The translations under genes and the position numbers were made by a program. From a virus (Duplodnaviria > Caudoviricetes): 43,050 nucleotides of DNA. Positions 8,885 through 19,291 of the stretch are shown here, one piece after another (positions within the stretch are counted from its first letter, which is position 1; every line of letters starts with the position of its first letter). The notes below the pieces were generated by a model, which worked only from the letters and a program-made list of their open reading frames with translations, was not told the DNA's origin and made no database searches. Location of the stretch: positions 1 to 43,050 of IMG/VR virus record IMGVR_UViG_3300033146_003090, one strand, 5' to 3'.

Positions 8885-9363
8885 TGGAAGGTTTTAAATT
8901 TTGTGTAACACGGGATACTGAATCACCAGAGAGAGCAAACAGTACTGATGCTGGAGTTGATTTTTTCATTCCATATGATTATAATAATGGAGTAACCAAG
9001 ATGTTGGATCCAGGCGAAACAGTAGTCATTCCCACGGGGATCCACGTCAGGTTGAATCCTTATACTGCATTAATCTTTGCCGACAAATCGGGTGTAGCAA
9101 GTAAATGTGGCCTGATCCTTGGAGCCAAGGTCATTGATGAAGGTTATCAGGGTGAAATCTTCATCAATATGTGGAACATTTCAAATCATCCACAGAAAAT
9201 TATTCCAGGGAATAAGATAGCACAGGGGATTATTCATAATGTATGTTATGAAACTCCAGTGAAAATGAATAGTATTGAAGAACTTTACCCAACCAAATCA
9301 GAACGCGGAACCGGTGCTACTGGTTCATCTGGTTTAACAAAACAAGGGGATGCTGAAATATGA
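8884..9363 (+). CDS. dut: Trimeric dUTPase
   Basis: AGVDF, KSGVA, VIDEGYQGEI, KIAQ, RGTGATGSSG. Confidence 0.93.
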   Translation: MEGFKFCVTRDTESPERANSTDAGVDFFIPYDYNNGVTKMLDPGETVVIPTGIHVRLNPYTALIFADKSGVASKCGLILGAKVIDEGYQGEIFINMWNISNHPQKIIPGNKIAQGIIHNVCYETPVKMNSIEELYPTKSERGTGATGSSGLTKQGDAEI

Positions 9364-9887
9364 AAGCAGAAAATACGAAGAAAGTTAATGAGATCAAAGC
9401 CTTTTTCAAAACAACTTTCAATGAAAATCTTCAGGAAATGCAATATGCAGATGATGAATTCGTTTTGCTCATTGATGATGCCAAAAGTATTATGCTTAGT
9501 ATTGGCTTTGCCGAGCAAGGGGATGGTCTTGCAGTAAACCTTCTTTCAGAAGTTGGACGTGCAGTATATATCTGTTCAATGATAGTCAAAAAGTTTGATT
9601 TGGAAATATATGAACCATATATTGTCGATTCAACCGGTAGCCTCCAATTCGGTAAAGATGCTTATGCAATCAGACAGGCTTATGAAGAGAAACTATCTAA
9701 ATTCATTTCACTCCCTGGTATCGATTCACTGGATAGTATTCCACTTGAAGAGGTAGGAGAAGAAATTGGTGATCCTAATTTATCTACAGATCCCCTCCAG
9801 ACATTCACTCCGGTTATTGGTTCCGAGGAAAAGAAAATCAAATCAGTAATCACCCCATTGAATACAGGGCAGATCATCATTCCATGA
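9360..9887 (+). CDS. Hypothetical acidic protein
   Basis: 175-aa ORF coupled to dut (ATGA overlap). Confidence 0.7.
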   Translation: MKAENTKKVNEIKAFFKTTFNENLQEMQYADDEFVLLIDDAKSIMLSIGFAEQGDGLAVNLLSEVGRAVYICSMIVKKFDLEIYEPYIVDSTGSLQFGKDAYAIRQAYEEKLSKFISLPGIDSLDSIPLEEVGEEIGDPNLSTDPLQTFTPVIGSEEKKIKSVITPLNTGQIIIP

Positions 9888-9894
9888 TAGTCAA

Positions 9895-9919
9895 ACGGGT
9901 ACAAGTGAATTGTACCCGT
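9895..9919 (+). other. Intergenic 10-bp stem hairpin just before the RuvC-like gene RBS
   Basis: ACGGGTACAA-GTGAA-TTGTACCCGT, no U tract. Confidence 0.7.
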
Positions 9920-9931
9920 CAAGGAGTAATT

Positions 9932-10489
9932 ATGAAACATATAATTGGTATTGATATGTCCATGTCTTCTCCAGCCATATGTATATCCCCAGAAGATAAT
10001 ATTGATCTTGACTTCAAGCATTGCAAATTCTTTAATATTCAAACGATTAAGAAATATTGTGGTGTATTCGGAAACATTCGTATTGATAAATTACCACCAC
10101 CCAAGACATATCTATCCAGAGAAGCAAGATACGATTTCTTGAAACTCTGGATGGAAATTATATTAATGGATTATACCATAGAGCAAGTATTCATTGAAGG
10201 GTATTCTATGGGTTCAAAGGGTAATATCTCTGGAATCTGTGAGCTTGGTGGGGTGATACGTCATGTTTTGTTCTCAAATGGCTATAAGATTATAGAGTTG
10301 CCTCCCAAGACAGTTAAAAAGGTGTTTTCAGGGGCAGGGGATGCAAATAAGGATGAGATGATTGACACCTTTACTCAAAGGACAAAAGTTGATCTATCCA
10401 AACAACTGGGAATTGATGATTTTCATCATAAACTCATAACTGATATTGCGGATAGTTATGCCGTGCTATACACTGGATTAAGATCATGA
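9932..10489 (+). CDS. RuvC-like Holliday junction resolvase
   Basis: IIGIDMS, VFIEGY, PKTVKK..GAGDANKDEM, DIADSYAV; AGGAG RBS. Confidence 0.88.
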   Translation: MKHIIGIDMSMSSPAICISPEDNIDLDFKHCKFFNIQTIKKYCGVFGNIRIDKLPPPKTYLSREARYDFLKLWMEIILMDYTIEQVFIEGYSMGSKGNISGICELGGVIRHVLFSNGYKIIELPPKTVKKVFSGAGDANKDEMIDTFTQRTKVDLSKQLGIDDFHHKLITDIADSYAVLYTGLRS

Positions 10490-10959
10490 AGTCAAACAAT
10501 ATATTTACATCGAAACATGAAATATACCATTTGCATGAATGGATGGGTATAGTTAAGGAAATGATTTCCTCTAACACTCCCATTACAGAGATTAGGGAAT
10601 TTTCTACTAAACATTCATACATCGAACCTCAGATAATGCAATTTTTTGAACTTGCATATTCACCTATTGATTATTTTGAGCATGTAAGAGCAGCAGGCCC
10701 AGTGACATATACCCCTGATCGTAATCATCCTGACAGGGCATTGATGTACTTTGATGCTTTTATTAAAGAATTACATTACTACATGCCAGACTCAAACATG
10801 AAACCCATGAAACAAAGGATTAAATGGTGTTCTGGGCTTGATTGCATGTGTGCCAAAGATTCAGAGCTGTTCGTAAAATTATTGAACAATGAATTCACTG
10901 ATCCACTCATTACCATTTCATTTCTTAAATTATTGTTTTTTGATATTAGGTTGAAATGA
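10486..10959 (+). CDS. Hypothetical protein in the FmdB/gp33 neighbourhood
   Basis: 157-aa ORF overlapping the upstream stop. Confidence 0.65.
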   Translation: MKSNNIFTSKHEIYHLHEWMGIVKEMISSNTPITEIREFSTKHSYIEPQIMQFFELAYSPIDYFEHVRAAGPVTYTPDRNHPDRALMYFDAFIKELHYYMPDSNMKPMKQRIKWCSGLDCMCAKDSELFVKLLNNEFTDPLITISFLKLLFFDIRLK

Positions 10960-11092
10960 GTAAAATACAAGGGGGTCAGGGTAATCCCCTTGATAATTCC
11001 CCTTATTAGAGTGTTTTGCTCTGAGGTTTTAATTAGATTGTTCAATGGCTATCTTTCCATCCATGAATACAAAGAACATAGGGGACACCAGT

Positions 11093-11338
11093 ATGACTAT
11101 CTACACGTTTGCATGCACAGTTTGTGGGCACACATTCGAGAAAAATGTACCTATGACATCAAGGAATGAAGTACCTTGTGAGTCATGCGAAAATAATACA
11201 AAAATTTTGTTGACAGAAACCTCTTCAGGGTGTAATATGATTTCAGGAATATCAAGAAACAAGAAACCAATGTGGCTTTCTGATAAACTGAAAAGACTTA
11301 GAGATGATTCAGGAAGCCTTAACCGAATGGATCTATGA
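11093..11338 (+). CDS. FmdB-family zinc-ribbon regulatory protein
   Basis: MTIYTFACTVCGHTFE...PCESC. Confidence 0.85.
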   Translation: MTIYTFACTVCGHTFEKNVPMTSRNEVPCESCENNTKILLTETSSGCNMISGISRNKKPMWLSDKLKRLRDDSGSLNRMDL

Positions 11339-11355
11339 TGGGACGGAGATTTACT

Positions 11356-11643
11356 ATGATATCTATTGCAGACTTAAATGACATGGAACTATCAGAAATC
11401 ACTAAATCAGATTTCAGTGAGGTAGTTGAATCTACCTATATGAAGAACAACGCTGAATTATCATATATTGAAGTTACTTCAATGATTGCAACTACTATTG
11501 GGATTGAATTCAAGAAAGTCCCGGCACTGCTTGAAAAGGTAATTATTCAGAAGATCGAATATGAGGCAAATGAGCTTAATCTATTGAAAGACAATATAAA
11601 ATCATTTGATCTCAGAAAAATCTTGACAAACCCAAAAAGATAG
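11356..11643 (+). CDS. gp33: Late transcription coactivator (T4 gp33-like)
   Basis: FSEVVE..SYIE....GIE...VPALL..IIQKIEYEANELNLLK; lies before gp32. Confidence 0.8.
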   Translation: MISIADLNDMELSEITKSDFSEVVESTYMKNNAELSYIEVTSMIATTIGIEFKKVPALLEKVIIQKIEYEANELNLLKDNIKSFDLRKILTNPKR

Positions 11644-11726
11644 ATTAAGATATCAAGAATCAAAGGGAATGAATCCAATTTAATTCTCAAAAAGTTCTTG
11701 ACAAGTACAGTACAACACGTTATATT
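11623..11726 (+). promoter_or_regulatory. Tandem sigma70-type promoters for gp32
   Basis: TTGACA(11623)-N17-TAAGAT and TTGACA(11698)-N17-TATATT. Confidence 0.8.
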
Positions 11727-11811
11727 AAGCAAAAAGTCAATCATGACAAATTGCAGATATTCATGGGAAACCCATTCAGGGAAACCCAAACATTAAAAGG
11801 AGCACTACAAA

Positions 11812-12828
11812 ATGGCTATTAATTTCAATGCACTCAGATCACAGGGTAATTCTTTAGATGCAGCTAACAAACTGGCAGAGAAATTGGGACAGAAAAAGAA
11901 TTATGATGATGATCGGTTTTGGAAACCAACTTGGAATACAGACCTTGTTTCTGAAAATATTATCCGCTTCTTGCCTGTTTCTCTTACTGATATGGAAAAA
12001 CAAGAAGCCGGTGAAATTGAAATAGCATCACCTATGGTCACAGTAAAGAAGCATTTCTTCAAAGGCCCGAAAGGTTGGTATGTTGAGAATAGCCTTCAGA
12101 CTCTTGGAGAGAACTGCCCCGTTGTTACCCATGATGCCCCTCTCTGGAAAGGTTGGACAGCTGATGGCAAGCCAGACAATCAACTCAAACAGACTCTAAT
12201 GAATCGCATTTCCAGAGATGAAACCATTGTCAACATTTACGTCATCAAAGATACCAATGTACCTGAGAACAACGGTAAAAACTTTCTGTATAAGATTACG
12301 GCATCTATCCAGAAAAAGATCGAAATGGCCAATCAGCCCAAGTTTGCTGGAGTTGAGCCAATTGATGTTTTTAATCTTTTTACAGGGGCCACGTTGCTGT
12401 TGAATCTTACTGGTACCAATAACAAGAATAACAATGGCAAATCATTCATCAAACCTAATTTCGATGAATGCAAATGGGTACCCGTTGGGCCTCTCTTTGA
12501 CAATGATGCAGATATGGAAAAAGTCTGGAAAGCATCATACTCTTTAGCTGCTTTCCTGGAGAAAGATAACTTCAAGACATATGAACAACTGGAAGCCAAA
12601 TTTTTTAAGGTAATGGGGTATCAGACAGATGCTGGATCTCAAGCCACACCAAATGATGCACCAGCTCAAAAGAACCTGAAAGATTATCAGACATCACCAG
12701 CTCAGGAACAGACACCTCCTGCAGAGACTGAATCAAGTTCCATTCCTGGTAAACCTACTGAGACAAAAGGTGAAGCCGGAGAAGCCGGAGCAGCCATTGG
12801 AAATTTTGAATCACTGCTTATGAATTAA
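11812..12828 (+). CDS. gp32: Single-stranded DNA-binding protein (T4 gp32-like)
   Basis: DDRFWKP, IIRFLP, HFFKGPKGWYVENSLQTLGENCPV, NIYVIKD..PENNGK. Confidence 0.95.
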   Translation: MAINFNALRSQGNSLDAANKLAEKLGQKKNYDDDRFWKPTWNTDLVSENIIRFLPVSLTDMEKQEAGEIEIASPMVTVKKHFFKGPKGWYVENSLQTLGENCPVVTHDAPLWKGWTADGKPDNQLKQTLMNRISRDETIVNIYVIKDTNVPENNGKNFLYKITASIQKKIEMANQPKFAGVEPIDVFNLFTGATLLLNLTGTNNKNNNGKSFIKPNFDECKWVPVGPLFDNDADMEKVWKASYSLAAFLEKDNFKTYEQLEAKFFKVMGYQTDAGSQATPNDAPAQKNLKDYQTSPAQEQTPPAETESSSIPGKPTETKGEAGEAGAAIGNFESLLMN

Positions 12829-12836
12829 AGTAACTC

Positions 12837-12870
12837 AGCCCGCCCCGGTACTATTGGGGGCGGGCTTTTT
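12837..12870 (+). terminator. Rho-independent terminator
   Basis: AGCCCGCCCC...GGGGCGGGCT followed by T tract. Confidence 0.9.
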
Positions 12871-12897
12871 GATTTTAAAACAACAAGGAAATTATTT

Positions 12898-15588
12898 ATG
12901 GAAGATACATCGCTGAGTAATACCTACTATACCAACGTGGAACAAAGAGGGAAATTCATTTACTTACGCTATGTACTGGATGGAGAGAAAAAGTCACTCA
13001 AGATCCCGTGCAAGCCTACTCTCTATATCCCTGCTGGTGAAGGCCAAGAACCTATAATGTGGGGATTGAAGAAAGAACCATTGACCCCAGTGAAGTTTGA
13101 AACTCCAAAAGAAGCCAAAGATTTCATAGAGACATACAAGACTGTGGACAACTTCAATGTCTATGGAATCGATAACTTTGCCTCTGCATTTGTGTGTAAG
13201 AACTTTGGACATAAATTTGAGCACAAAAGTGATATCCTGAAAATAGCCAACTATGATATTGAAATCTTTTCTGGGTATAGAGATGAACAAGGCAATCCAG
13301 TCAGTATTCCATTTGAAAAGATGCCTATTATCATTGACAAGGCTGAACTCCCAATCACTGCTATCACATTACATAATTCAGCTGATGATATATATCATGT
13401 ATGGGGTTTACATGAATCAGAGGATGTAAGCTATACAGACCCAAAGAAAACAGGTCAAACAGTCAAATATCATGAATTTTATGATGAAGTTGAGATGCTA
13501 AAGCATTACTTATTGTATTGGGAGTCACAGTCATTTGATATTGTAACTGGTTTTAACATCGATGGCTTTGATAATCCATATGTAGTTCGCAGGGTCAAGA
13601 AGCTGTTTGGTGATGACGCAAAGAAATGGTTCTCTAAACTATCACCCTGGGGCATTGTTACTGAGTCAAAGAAGAAAGATAAATGGAATAATGAAATGTG
13701 GGTGGTCAAGTTCATTGGTATCGATTCCTTGGACTTTATGAAATTATACCAGAAATTCACCTTCCATCCAATGACAAATTATAAGTTGGCTACCATTGGG
13801 GAATATGAAATTAATGAGAAAAAGTTGGATTATTCAGAAGCCAGGAATTTGAATATCCTTTTTTTGACCAACTTTCAGAAATATATTGACTATAATATCC
13901 AGGATGTTGCTTTGGTTAATCGATTGATCAAACACACTGGTCTACTTGATCTGGCTATTACTTTGGCCTACACTACAAAATCCAATTATAGTGATGTATT
14001 TGGCACCATAAAGCCTGTGGCTAACCTTCTATATAGTAGGCTATACAATCAGAAGAAAGTCCCTTTAATTAAGAGTGTATATAAAGGGGATATCTCTTTT
14101 GTTGGTGGTTATGTCAAGGAGCCTGTACCCGGATTATATAAGTATCTACTTTCAGCTGATCTCAATTCACTCTATCCACATTGCTGGTCACAACAGAACC
14201 TTGGCCCAGAGACAATTATTGAAGATAATGAAATGTCTAATGAACTCCTTAATTGGCTTTTAACAATTAGGAATGACCCAAATAAGATAGAGAATTGCAT
14301 CAATAAGAAATATGATACTTCTATTTTGGATGGGTATCCAGGCATTGGTCTTTCAGTCAATGGTTATCTCTGGAAAACTGAAGAGAGTTCCATCCTGAGA
14401 GATTTTAAAGATGATCTATATGGAGTCAGAAGCAAGGCCAAGAAACATATGATCATTGAGAAACAAAAACTTGAAAAACTCCATGAATTAATGAAGACCT
14501 TAGCCAATCCAGACATTGAAATCAAAGAAAGTGTTCTTAAGTCATTGATAAGTCTTTTAAATAATACACAATTATCACAAAAGACAGTTCTTAATGCCAG
14601 TTATGGAGCATTATCTAATCGTTACATGAAAGATTTCTTTGATATTAGGATCGCAGAAGCCATCACAACATTAGGACAGACAGTCAACAGAACCTGTGCC
14701 AATAAGCTCAATGAATTTCTTAATGATTATCTTGAAACCAAAGATAAAGATTTTGTAATCACTATGGATACAGATTCATTTTACTTTGATGCTGAGATGG
14801 TTGTCTATAAGTTCGGTTGGGAAAATCTTGACGATCAAACGATTGCAAACAACCTTGATCAATGGTATAAAGACAATCTTACTGATAGGATCACCAAATG
14901 GATGCACGAAATTAAGGATTATTTACATTCCAAAGACAACCAGATGTTTTATGCCAGAGAGAAGATAGCGAAATCAGGCATCTTTGTCGCCAAGAAGAGA
15001 TATGCACTTGCAGTAATTGATGATGAAGGTGTAAGATATAAAAGTCCAAAGATCAAAGTCATAGGATTAGAATCAGTCAGATCAACATTCCCGGCTTGGT
15101 CCAAGAAATATCTGAAAGAGTGCTATAGTATAGCACTTCTTGAGGATGAAACAAGGCTTCATGCTGCAGTAAAAGAGATTAAGGCTGTATTTGATAAGAT
15201 GCCTATAGACGACATAGCCTTGAATGTGAAGCTGGGTGATCTCAATAAGTATGAGTGTGCTCGTGGATTCATCAAAGGTACACCGTCACAATATAAAGCA
15301 GCCTTGGTGTTCAACAGAAAAGTAATTCAACTTGGTCTTGATTATCCTCTCATAGAGTCAGGGGATGCAGTCAAGATCATCCTTCTGGAACCAATGAATC
15401 AGTTCTTCAATGATAGGTTGGCCTTTGTGGATCATATCCCAGAAGAGTTTGAAATTGAAAAATGTATTGATCGTGAAACAGTCTGGGAAAAGTCATTCAT
15501 CACCCCACTTCAGGCTTTCTTGGATGCAATAGGTTGGAAGTACAAGAAGATAAATACACTTTTTGCATTTTTTGGTAAAAAAGGTTAA
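12898..15588 (+). CDS. gp43: Family B DNA polymerase (T4 gp43-like)
   Basis: ExoI DIE, ExoII FNIDGFD, ExoIII YNIQD; DLNSLYP, KTVLNASYG, DTDS, KKRYA; C-terminal clamp-binding-like TLFAFF. Confidence 0.97.
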   Translation: MEDTSLSNTYYTNVEQRGKFIYLRYVLDGEKKSLKIPCKPTLYIPAGEGQEPIMWGLKKEPLTPVKFETPKEAKDFIETYKTVDNFNVYGIDNFASAFVCKNFGHKFEHKSDILKIANYDIEIFSGYRDEQGNPVSIPFEKMPIIIDKAELPITAITLHNSADDIYHVWGLHESEDVSYTDPKKTGQTVKYHEFYDEVEMLKHYLLYWESQSFDIVTGFNIDGFDNPYVVRRVKKLFGDDAKKWFSKLSPWGIVTESKKKDKWNNEMWVVKFIGIDSLDFMKLYQKFTFHPMTNYKLATIGEYEINEKKLDYSEARNLNILFLTNFQKYIDYNIQDVALVNRLIKHTGLLDLAITLAYTTKSNYSDVFGTIKPVANLLYSRLYNQKKVPLIKSVYKGDISFVGGYVKEPVPGLYKYLLSADLNSLYPHCWSQQNLGPETIIEDNEMSNELLNWLLTIRNDPNKIENCINKKYDTSILDGYPGIGLSVNGYLWKTEESSILRDFKDDLYGVRSKAKKHMIIEKQKLEKLHELMKTLANPDIEIKESVLKSLISLLNNTQLSQKTVLNASYGALSNRYMKDFFDIRIAEAITTLGQTVNRTCANKLNEFLNDYLETKDKDFVITMDTDSFYFDAEMVVYKFGWENLDDQTIANNLDQWYKDNLTDRITKWMHEIKDYLHSKDNQMFYAREKIAKSGIFVAKKRYALAVIDDEGVRYKSPKIKVIGLESVRSTFPAWSKKYLKECYSIALLEDETRLHAAVKEIKAVFDKMPIDDIALNVKLGDLNKYECARGFIKGTPSQYKAALVFNRKVIQLGLDYPLIESGDAVKIILLEPMNQFFNDRLAFVDHIPEEFEIEKCIDRETVWEKSFITPLQAFLDAIGWKYKKINTLFAFFGKKG

Positions 15589-15596
15589 GATTTTTG

Positions 15597-15625
15597 TTGA
15601 CAACGTGGTTGTTGTTTGGTAATAT
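15597..15625 (+). promoter_or_regulatory. sigma70-type promoter
   Basis: TTGACA-N17-TAATAT. Confidence 0.85.
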
Positions 15626-15657
15626 CATTTCAACAATCACTCATCAAGGAGATTCAT

Positions 15658-15933
15658 ATGCCTCTTTACGATCAACGACACGTCAATCTTTGTACAACAT
15701 TCGACAACACTGATTTTTCTTCAATGCAATATTTGACCGATATAGTTTTTCCATATATGAGAAAGGAAATTGACTTCATTGAGAATTTGTTGATTTTGGA
15801 TCTAAATGAAAATCAACTCCAAGTCATTAGAAGAGATTTGGCTATTCTTAATGAGTCATACATCAAAGGAATTAAGCGCATGAGTTCAAGTCCTTGTCAT
15901 GATGAGTTTTTCGCTTTCTTGAAAACATTGTAG
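15658..15933 (+). CDS. Hypothetical early protein
   Basis: AAGGAG RBS before ATG 15658, downstream of the promoter. Confidence 0.7.
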   Translation: MPLYDQRHVNLCTTFDNTDFSSMQYLTDIVFPYMRKEIDFIENLLILDLNENQLQVIRRDLAILNESYIKGIKRMSSSPCHDEFFAFLKTL

Positions 15934-15940
15934 AAAATTG

Positions 15941-15984
15941 TTGACATGTGGGTGATAATCTGATATTTTCAGATTATCACCCAC
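15941..15984 (+). promoter_or_regulatory. sigma70-type promoter embedded in a 16-bp perfect inverted repeat
   Basis: TTGACA-N17-TATTTT; GTGGGTGATAATCTGA-TATTT-TCAGATTATCACCCAC. Confidence 0.75.
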
Positions 15985-16002
15985 TTTTAATAGGAGAAAC
16001 CA

Positions 16003-16452
16003 ATGGCTATTTACCAATTTACGAAATCAGAGTTTGAGGCTTCTTTACCCATCCATAAAAACACTGGAGAGCCTCTTTGGGCATATGCCGGATTAATCAA
16101 AGGGGAACACTGTTACACAATGGATGTCAATGAAGTTCAAATCATGATTCGATCATCAGTCAAAGAATCTGGTTTTGCGGCTTCAACAGGACAAGATTCA
16201 ATCAGACTCTATTTCATGAATAATGGGAATTGCCATGGCTCAAAACTTTCATTATACATTACCAGGGTAACAGGGTGGGAGGAAAGGCTGCTCAAACAGC
16301 TCAGGATTATGTTTAAGAGAGGTTTGGCTCTCCAGACATGCTCTATATGCAACCAACCTCTTGCACTCTTTAAATCAAAGAAAACAGGGGATCTGTTCCA
16401 GACATGCCCAAACCATTTCATGAAGGTTTTCATTCCATATGAAGGAGAATGA
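16003..16452 (+). CDS. Hypothetical protein with a C-terminal zinc ribbon
   Basis: AGGAG RBS; CSIC..CPNH. Confidence 0.75.
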   Translation: MAIYQFTKSEFEASLPIHKNTGEPLWAYAGLIKGEHCYTMDVNEVQIMIRSSVKESGFAASTGQDSIRLYFMNNGNCHGSKLSLYITRVTGWEERLLKQLRIMFKRGLALQTCSICNQPLALFKSKKTGDLFQTCPNHFMKVFIPYEGE

Positions 16453-16453
16453 T

Positions 16454-16960
16454 ATGTTCTATGTTCATGTTGAAACTATAGGAGACAATATATTTGAAAC
16501 TGCAGATGATATGGCTCAAGTTTTAGATATGTCAGATATCATAATTAATGGTGATAGATATTATTATCGAACAATGCGCTTTGATAGTTTTGGCATCCTT
16601 GAATATGGGATTAAATTGAAAATGTTCATCTATGAAGACTTCAACTATATCTCTATGAATCGTCTCCTGGAAATTATCAATGTCTACCACAGAGATCATC
16701 AACCAACATGGAAGGAAGGTGATCCTAATATCAGGTTCAGGTTTGATCCTGTTCCTGGTACTGGGGTTAGACACTGGGGTTGTAGCTACAGACACCCAAG
16801 AACAACTCAGGAACTGAGATCAAATTTGGCCTTTGATGGTTATGTCAGAGGTAAAAGAACCAAGAAATTTCTATCAACTTTTTGGGACGATGTACCAAAG
16901 GCAAGACAACCTCACAAATCATGGAAGCAAGCTAAAAGGAAACGACAATGGAGTTTGTAA
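16454..16960 (+). CDS. Phage hypothetical protein with a basic, Trp-rich C-terminus
   Basis: PVPGTG..RHPRTTQE..WDD..SWK..RKRQW; AAGGAG RBS. Confidence 0.7.
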   Translation: MFYVHVETIGDNIFETADDMAQVLDMSDIIINGDRYYYRTMRFDSFGILEYGIKLKMFIYEDFNYISMNRLLEIINVYHRDHQPTWKEGDPNIRFRFDPVPGTGVRHWGCSYRHPRTTQELRSNLAFDGYVRGKRTKKFLSTFWDDVPKARQPHKSWKQAKRKRQWSL

Positions 16961-17472
16961 GAGTTCTACAACATTACCTTTCTGATTTTGGAAAACAAAC
17001 CATTGATGAGGTCATGATTACCAAGTCATATAGGATTCAACTGTTTCTGCAGGGCATAGAGTCACCACGAAAGAAACTAATCAAGCTTAAAGCTATTGCA
17101 ACTGCAGAAGAGATCAAAAAAGAAGACGCTGGATTGGTTCGCTTGGCTATCTTATTTTGGGAATCATGTGTAATCGACAAAGGTAAGAGAATTAACCCAG
17201 ATTCATATTTTGGTCATATTCATAGTGAATATGAAATGACAGTGACTATTGATGCAATCATGCCAATTTCCAATGGGTCTTTCGTGGTAAAATTCATTAA
17301 TGGCAATGATTTGTTTGTTTGGTTTTCTAATTACGATCCACTCAAACATTGGCAAGTCCAAGTAAATAGTTCCATATCTATTCGATTCTATCTTGCAGAC
17401 CACAAGTTTTTCAGGAATGAAATGCAAAACATCATCACTTCAGTGACCAAAATAGGAGAGTTAAATGGTTGA
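16948..17472 (+). CDS. Hypothetical protein, possible C-terminal OB-fold
   Basis: SYFG..GN..VWFS..DH..RNEMQNIIT pattern resembles phage OB-fold proteins. Confidence 0.55.
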   Translation: MEFVRVLQHYLSDFGKQTIDEVMITKSYRIQLFLQGIESPRKKLIKLKAIATAEEIKKEDAGLVRLAILFWESCVIDKGKRINPDSYFGHIHSEYEMTVTIDAIMPISNGSFVVKFINGNDLFVWFSNYDPLKHWQVQVNSSISIRFYLADHKFFRNEMQNIITSVTKIGELNG

Positions 17473-19291
17473 CATATCAAAGTTCAAGAAATTATCAGAT
17501 AGAGAGCATGTATTGATTAGACCCGGAAGATATATTGGGTCAACAGTTCCAGTAAACTATGATATTATTATCGATAGTGCCAAACGGGCAGTTAAAGTAT
17601 CACCTGCATTTCTTCTTCTATTCTCTGAGGTAATTTCAAATGCAATCGATCACTCCAAAACCAAAGAAGGTAAATGCCTCAAACATATCAATGTCAGGGT
17701 CAACAAACTTCAGTCCATCATTACAGTTCAAGATGATGGTGCCGGGATTCCAGTTGTTATTCACCCAGAAGAACAGTTGTGGATTCCTGATATGGTTTTG
17801 GGGCACTTGAAGTCAGGTACTAACTTTGATGATTCAATGGATCAATTAACTGGTCAGAATGGGGAAGGAGCCAGTTTAACCAATATATATTCGTCAAACT
17901 TTAATGTTTATACTGGAGATGGTAAGAAATCATTTACCAAGCAATATTATGATAATATGGGTAGATCAGATGAACCAACAATAGCCCCTTGTACAGCACA
18001 GGTACATGGGACTACAATCACATATAAACCTGATATGAAGAGGTTGGGTGCTAATACACTCAACGGTGATCATATCAGGTCTATTGAGTATTCAGTCACT
18101 GAAATGGCAGTAGTCAATCCCAAGATCAAATTTACTTTCAATGGAGAACCTATTGAGAAGACTTTCATTGAACATGCAAATGATATCTGCCCTGGAATTG
18201 TTTCCGATGAAACCGATGATTTGACTTTCTGTATTGGTAGTGCTCCAGAAGGATTTCAGACACTCACTTTTATCAATAGCACCAGAGTAAACAATGGTGG
18301 TACTCATATTGAATATATTGGTAACAAAGTCATTCAGGTAATACGTGAATTGGTATCCAAGAAATTAAAGGCAGATGTGAAGCCATCGAGTATTAAGCCC
18401 CTTGTCCATATGTTCTTCAATATCTCTATGAACAACCCACGTTATGACTCTCAAACCAAAGATCAATTAATTACGGCTGCTTCTGATTATGGTTTCTCTT
18501 ATGAGGTGTCGAGTAAATTCAGAAAGGAATTGGCCAAATCTCAATTGGTGCTTGACATTATCGAATCAATGAAGTATAAAATCAAATTGGACGATCTGAC
18601 TAAGGCTTCAACTATGATCAAACCACCAAAAAATATCAAGTCTATAGAGAAATATGAACCTGCAGGATCAAAGACTAACAGAGAAGATTGCACACTGATA
18701 TTAACAGAAGGTGATTCGGCTGCAAAAACTATGATATCTGCCCGGGATTCTAATCTTCATGGTGTATTCCCATTGAGAGGTAAATTAGTAAATGTTAGGG
18801 ATATGAGTATTTCAAAAATCATCAAGAAAAATGAGATCCAGTCAGTGATCCAGATCCTTGGTGCCAATCTTAAGCAAACAGATTTGGATTTGAGATATGG
18901 AAAGATTCTCATCGCTGCAGATCAGGATTTGGATGGTTTTCATATTCTTGGGCTTTGCTTGAATATGTTCTCTATCCTATTACCCAAGTTGGTTGCAGAT
19001 GGAAGGTTATATTCACTCAGAACTCCAATCATGACAGCCAGGTGTAAAAAGGAATTAGTGGAGTTCTTTACACAGGATGAATTTGATTCCTGGTCAGGTG
19101 ATAAGCTTACTAATGTGAAATATTATAAAGGGCTTGGTGGCTGGGATACAAAAGACTTCAAACGATTCCTGGTTGATCCTAAGTATACTGTACAAATGGT
19201 ATTCGATCCAATTGCAGATGAAGCATTGGATCTGGTTTTTAATTCAAAACGAGCTAATGACAGAAAGACTTGGTTAGGAGGGATTGCTTAA
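17465..19291 (+). CDS. gp39: DNA topoisomerase II large subunit (fused gp39+gp60; GHKL + TOPRIM)
   Basis: EHVLIRPGRYIG, EVISNAID, GQNGEG, TEGDSA, PLRGK, DQDLDG, YYKGLG. Confidence 0.96.
   Translation: MVDISKFKKLSDREHVLIRPGRYIGSTVPVNYDIIIDSAKRAVKVSPAFLLLFSEVISNAIDHSKTKEGKCLKHINVRVNKLQSIITVQDDGAGIPVVIHPEEQLWIPDMVLGHLKSGTNFDDSMDQLTGQNGEGASLTNIYSSNFNVYTGDGKKSFTKQYYDNMGRSDEPTIAPCTAQVHGTTITYKPDMKRLGANTLNGDHIRSIEYSVTEMAVVNPKIKFTFNGEPIEKTFIEHANDICPGIVSDETDDLTFCIGSAPEGFQTLTFINSTRVNNGGTHIEYIGNKVIQVIRELVSKKLKADVKPSSIKPLVHMFFNISMNNPRYDSQTKDQLITAASDYGFSYEVSSKFRKELAKSQLVLDIIESMKYKIKLDDLTKASTMIKPPKNIKSIEKYEPAGSKTNREDCTLILTEGDSAAKTMISARDSNLHGVFPLRGKLVNVRDMSISKIIKKNEIQSVIQILGANLKQTDLDLRYGKILIAADQDLDGFHILGLCLNMFSILLPKLVADGRLYSLRTPIMTARCKKELVEFFTQDEFDSWSGDKLTNVKYYKGLGGWDTKDFKRFLVDPKYTVQMVFDPIADEALDLVFNSKRANDRKTWLGGIA

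Noticed and set aside
14150-14780. Polymerase motif variants (SLYPH, NASYG, TMDTDS) as a sign of modified-base DNA
   Set aside because: Comparable variation occurs among T4-like polymerases, and no base-modification genes are visible in this window
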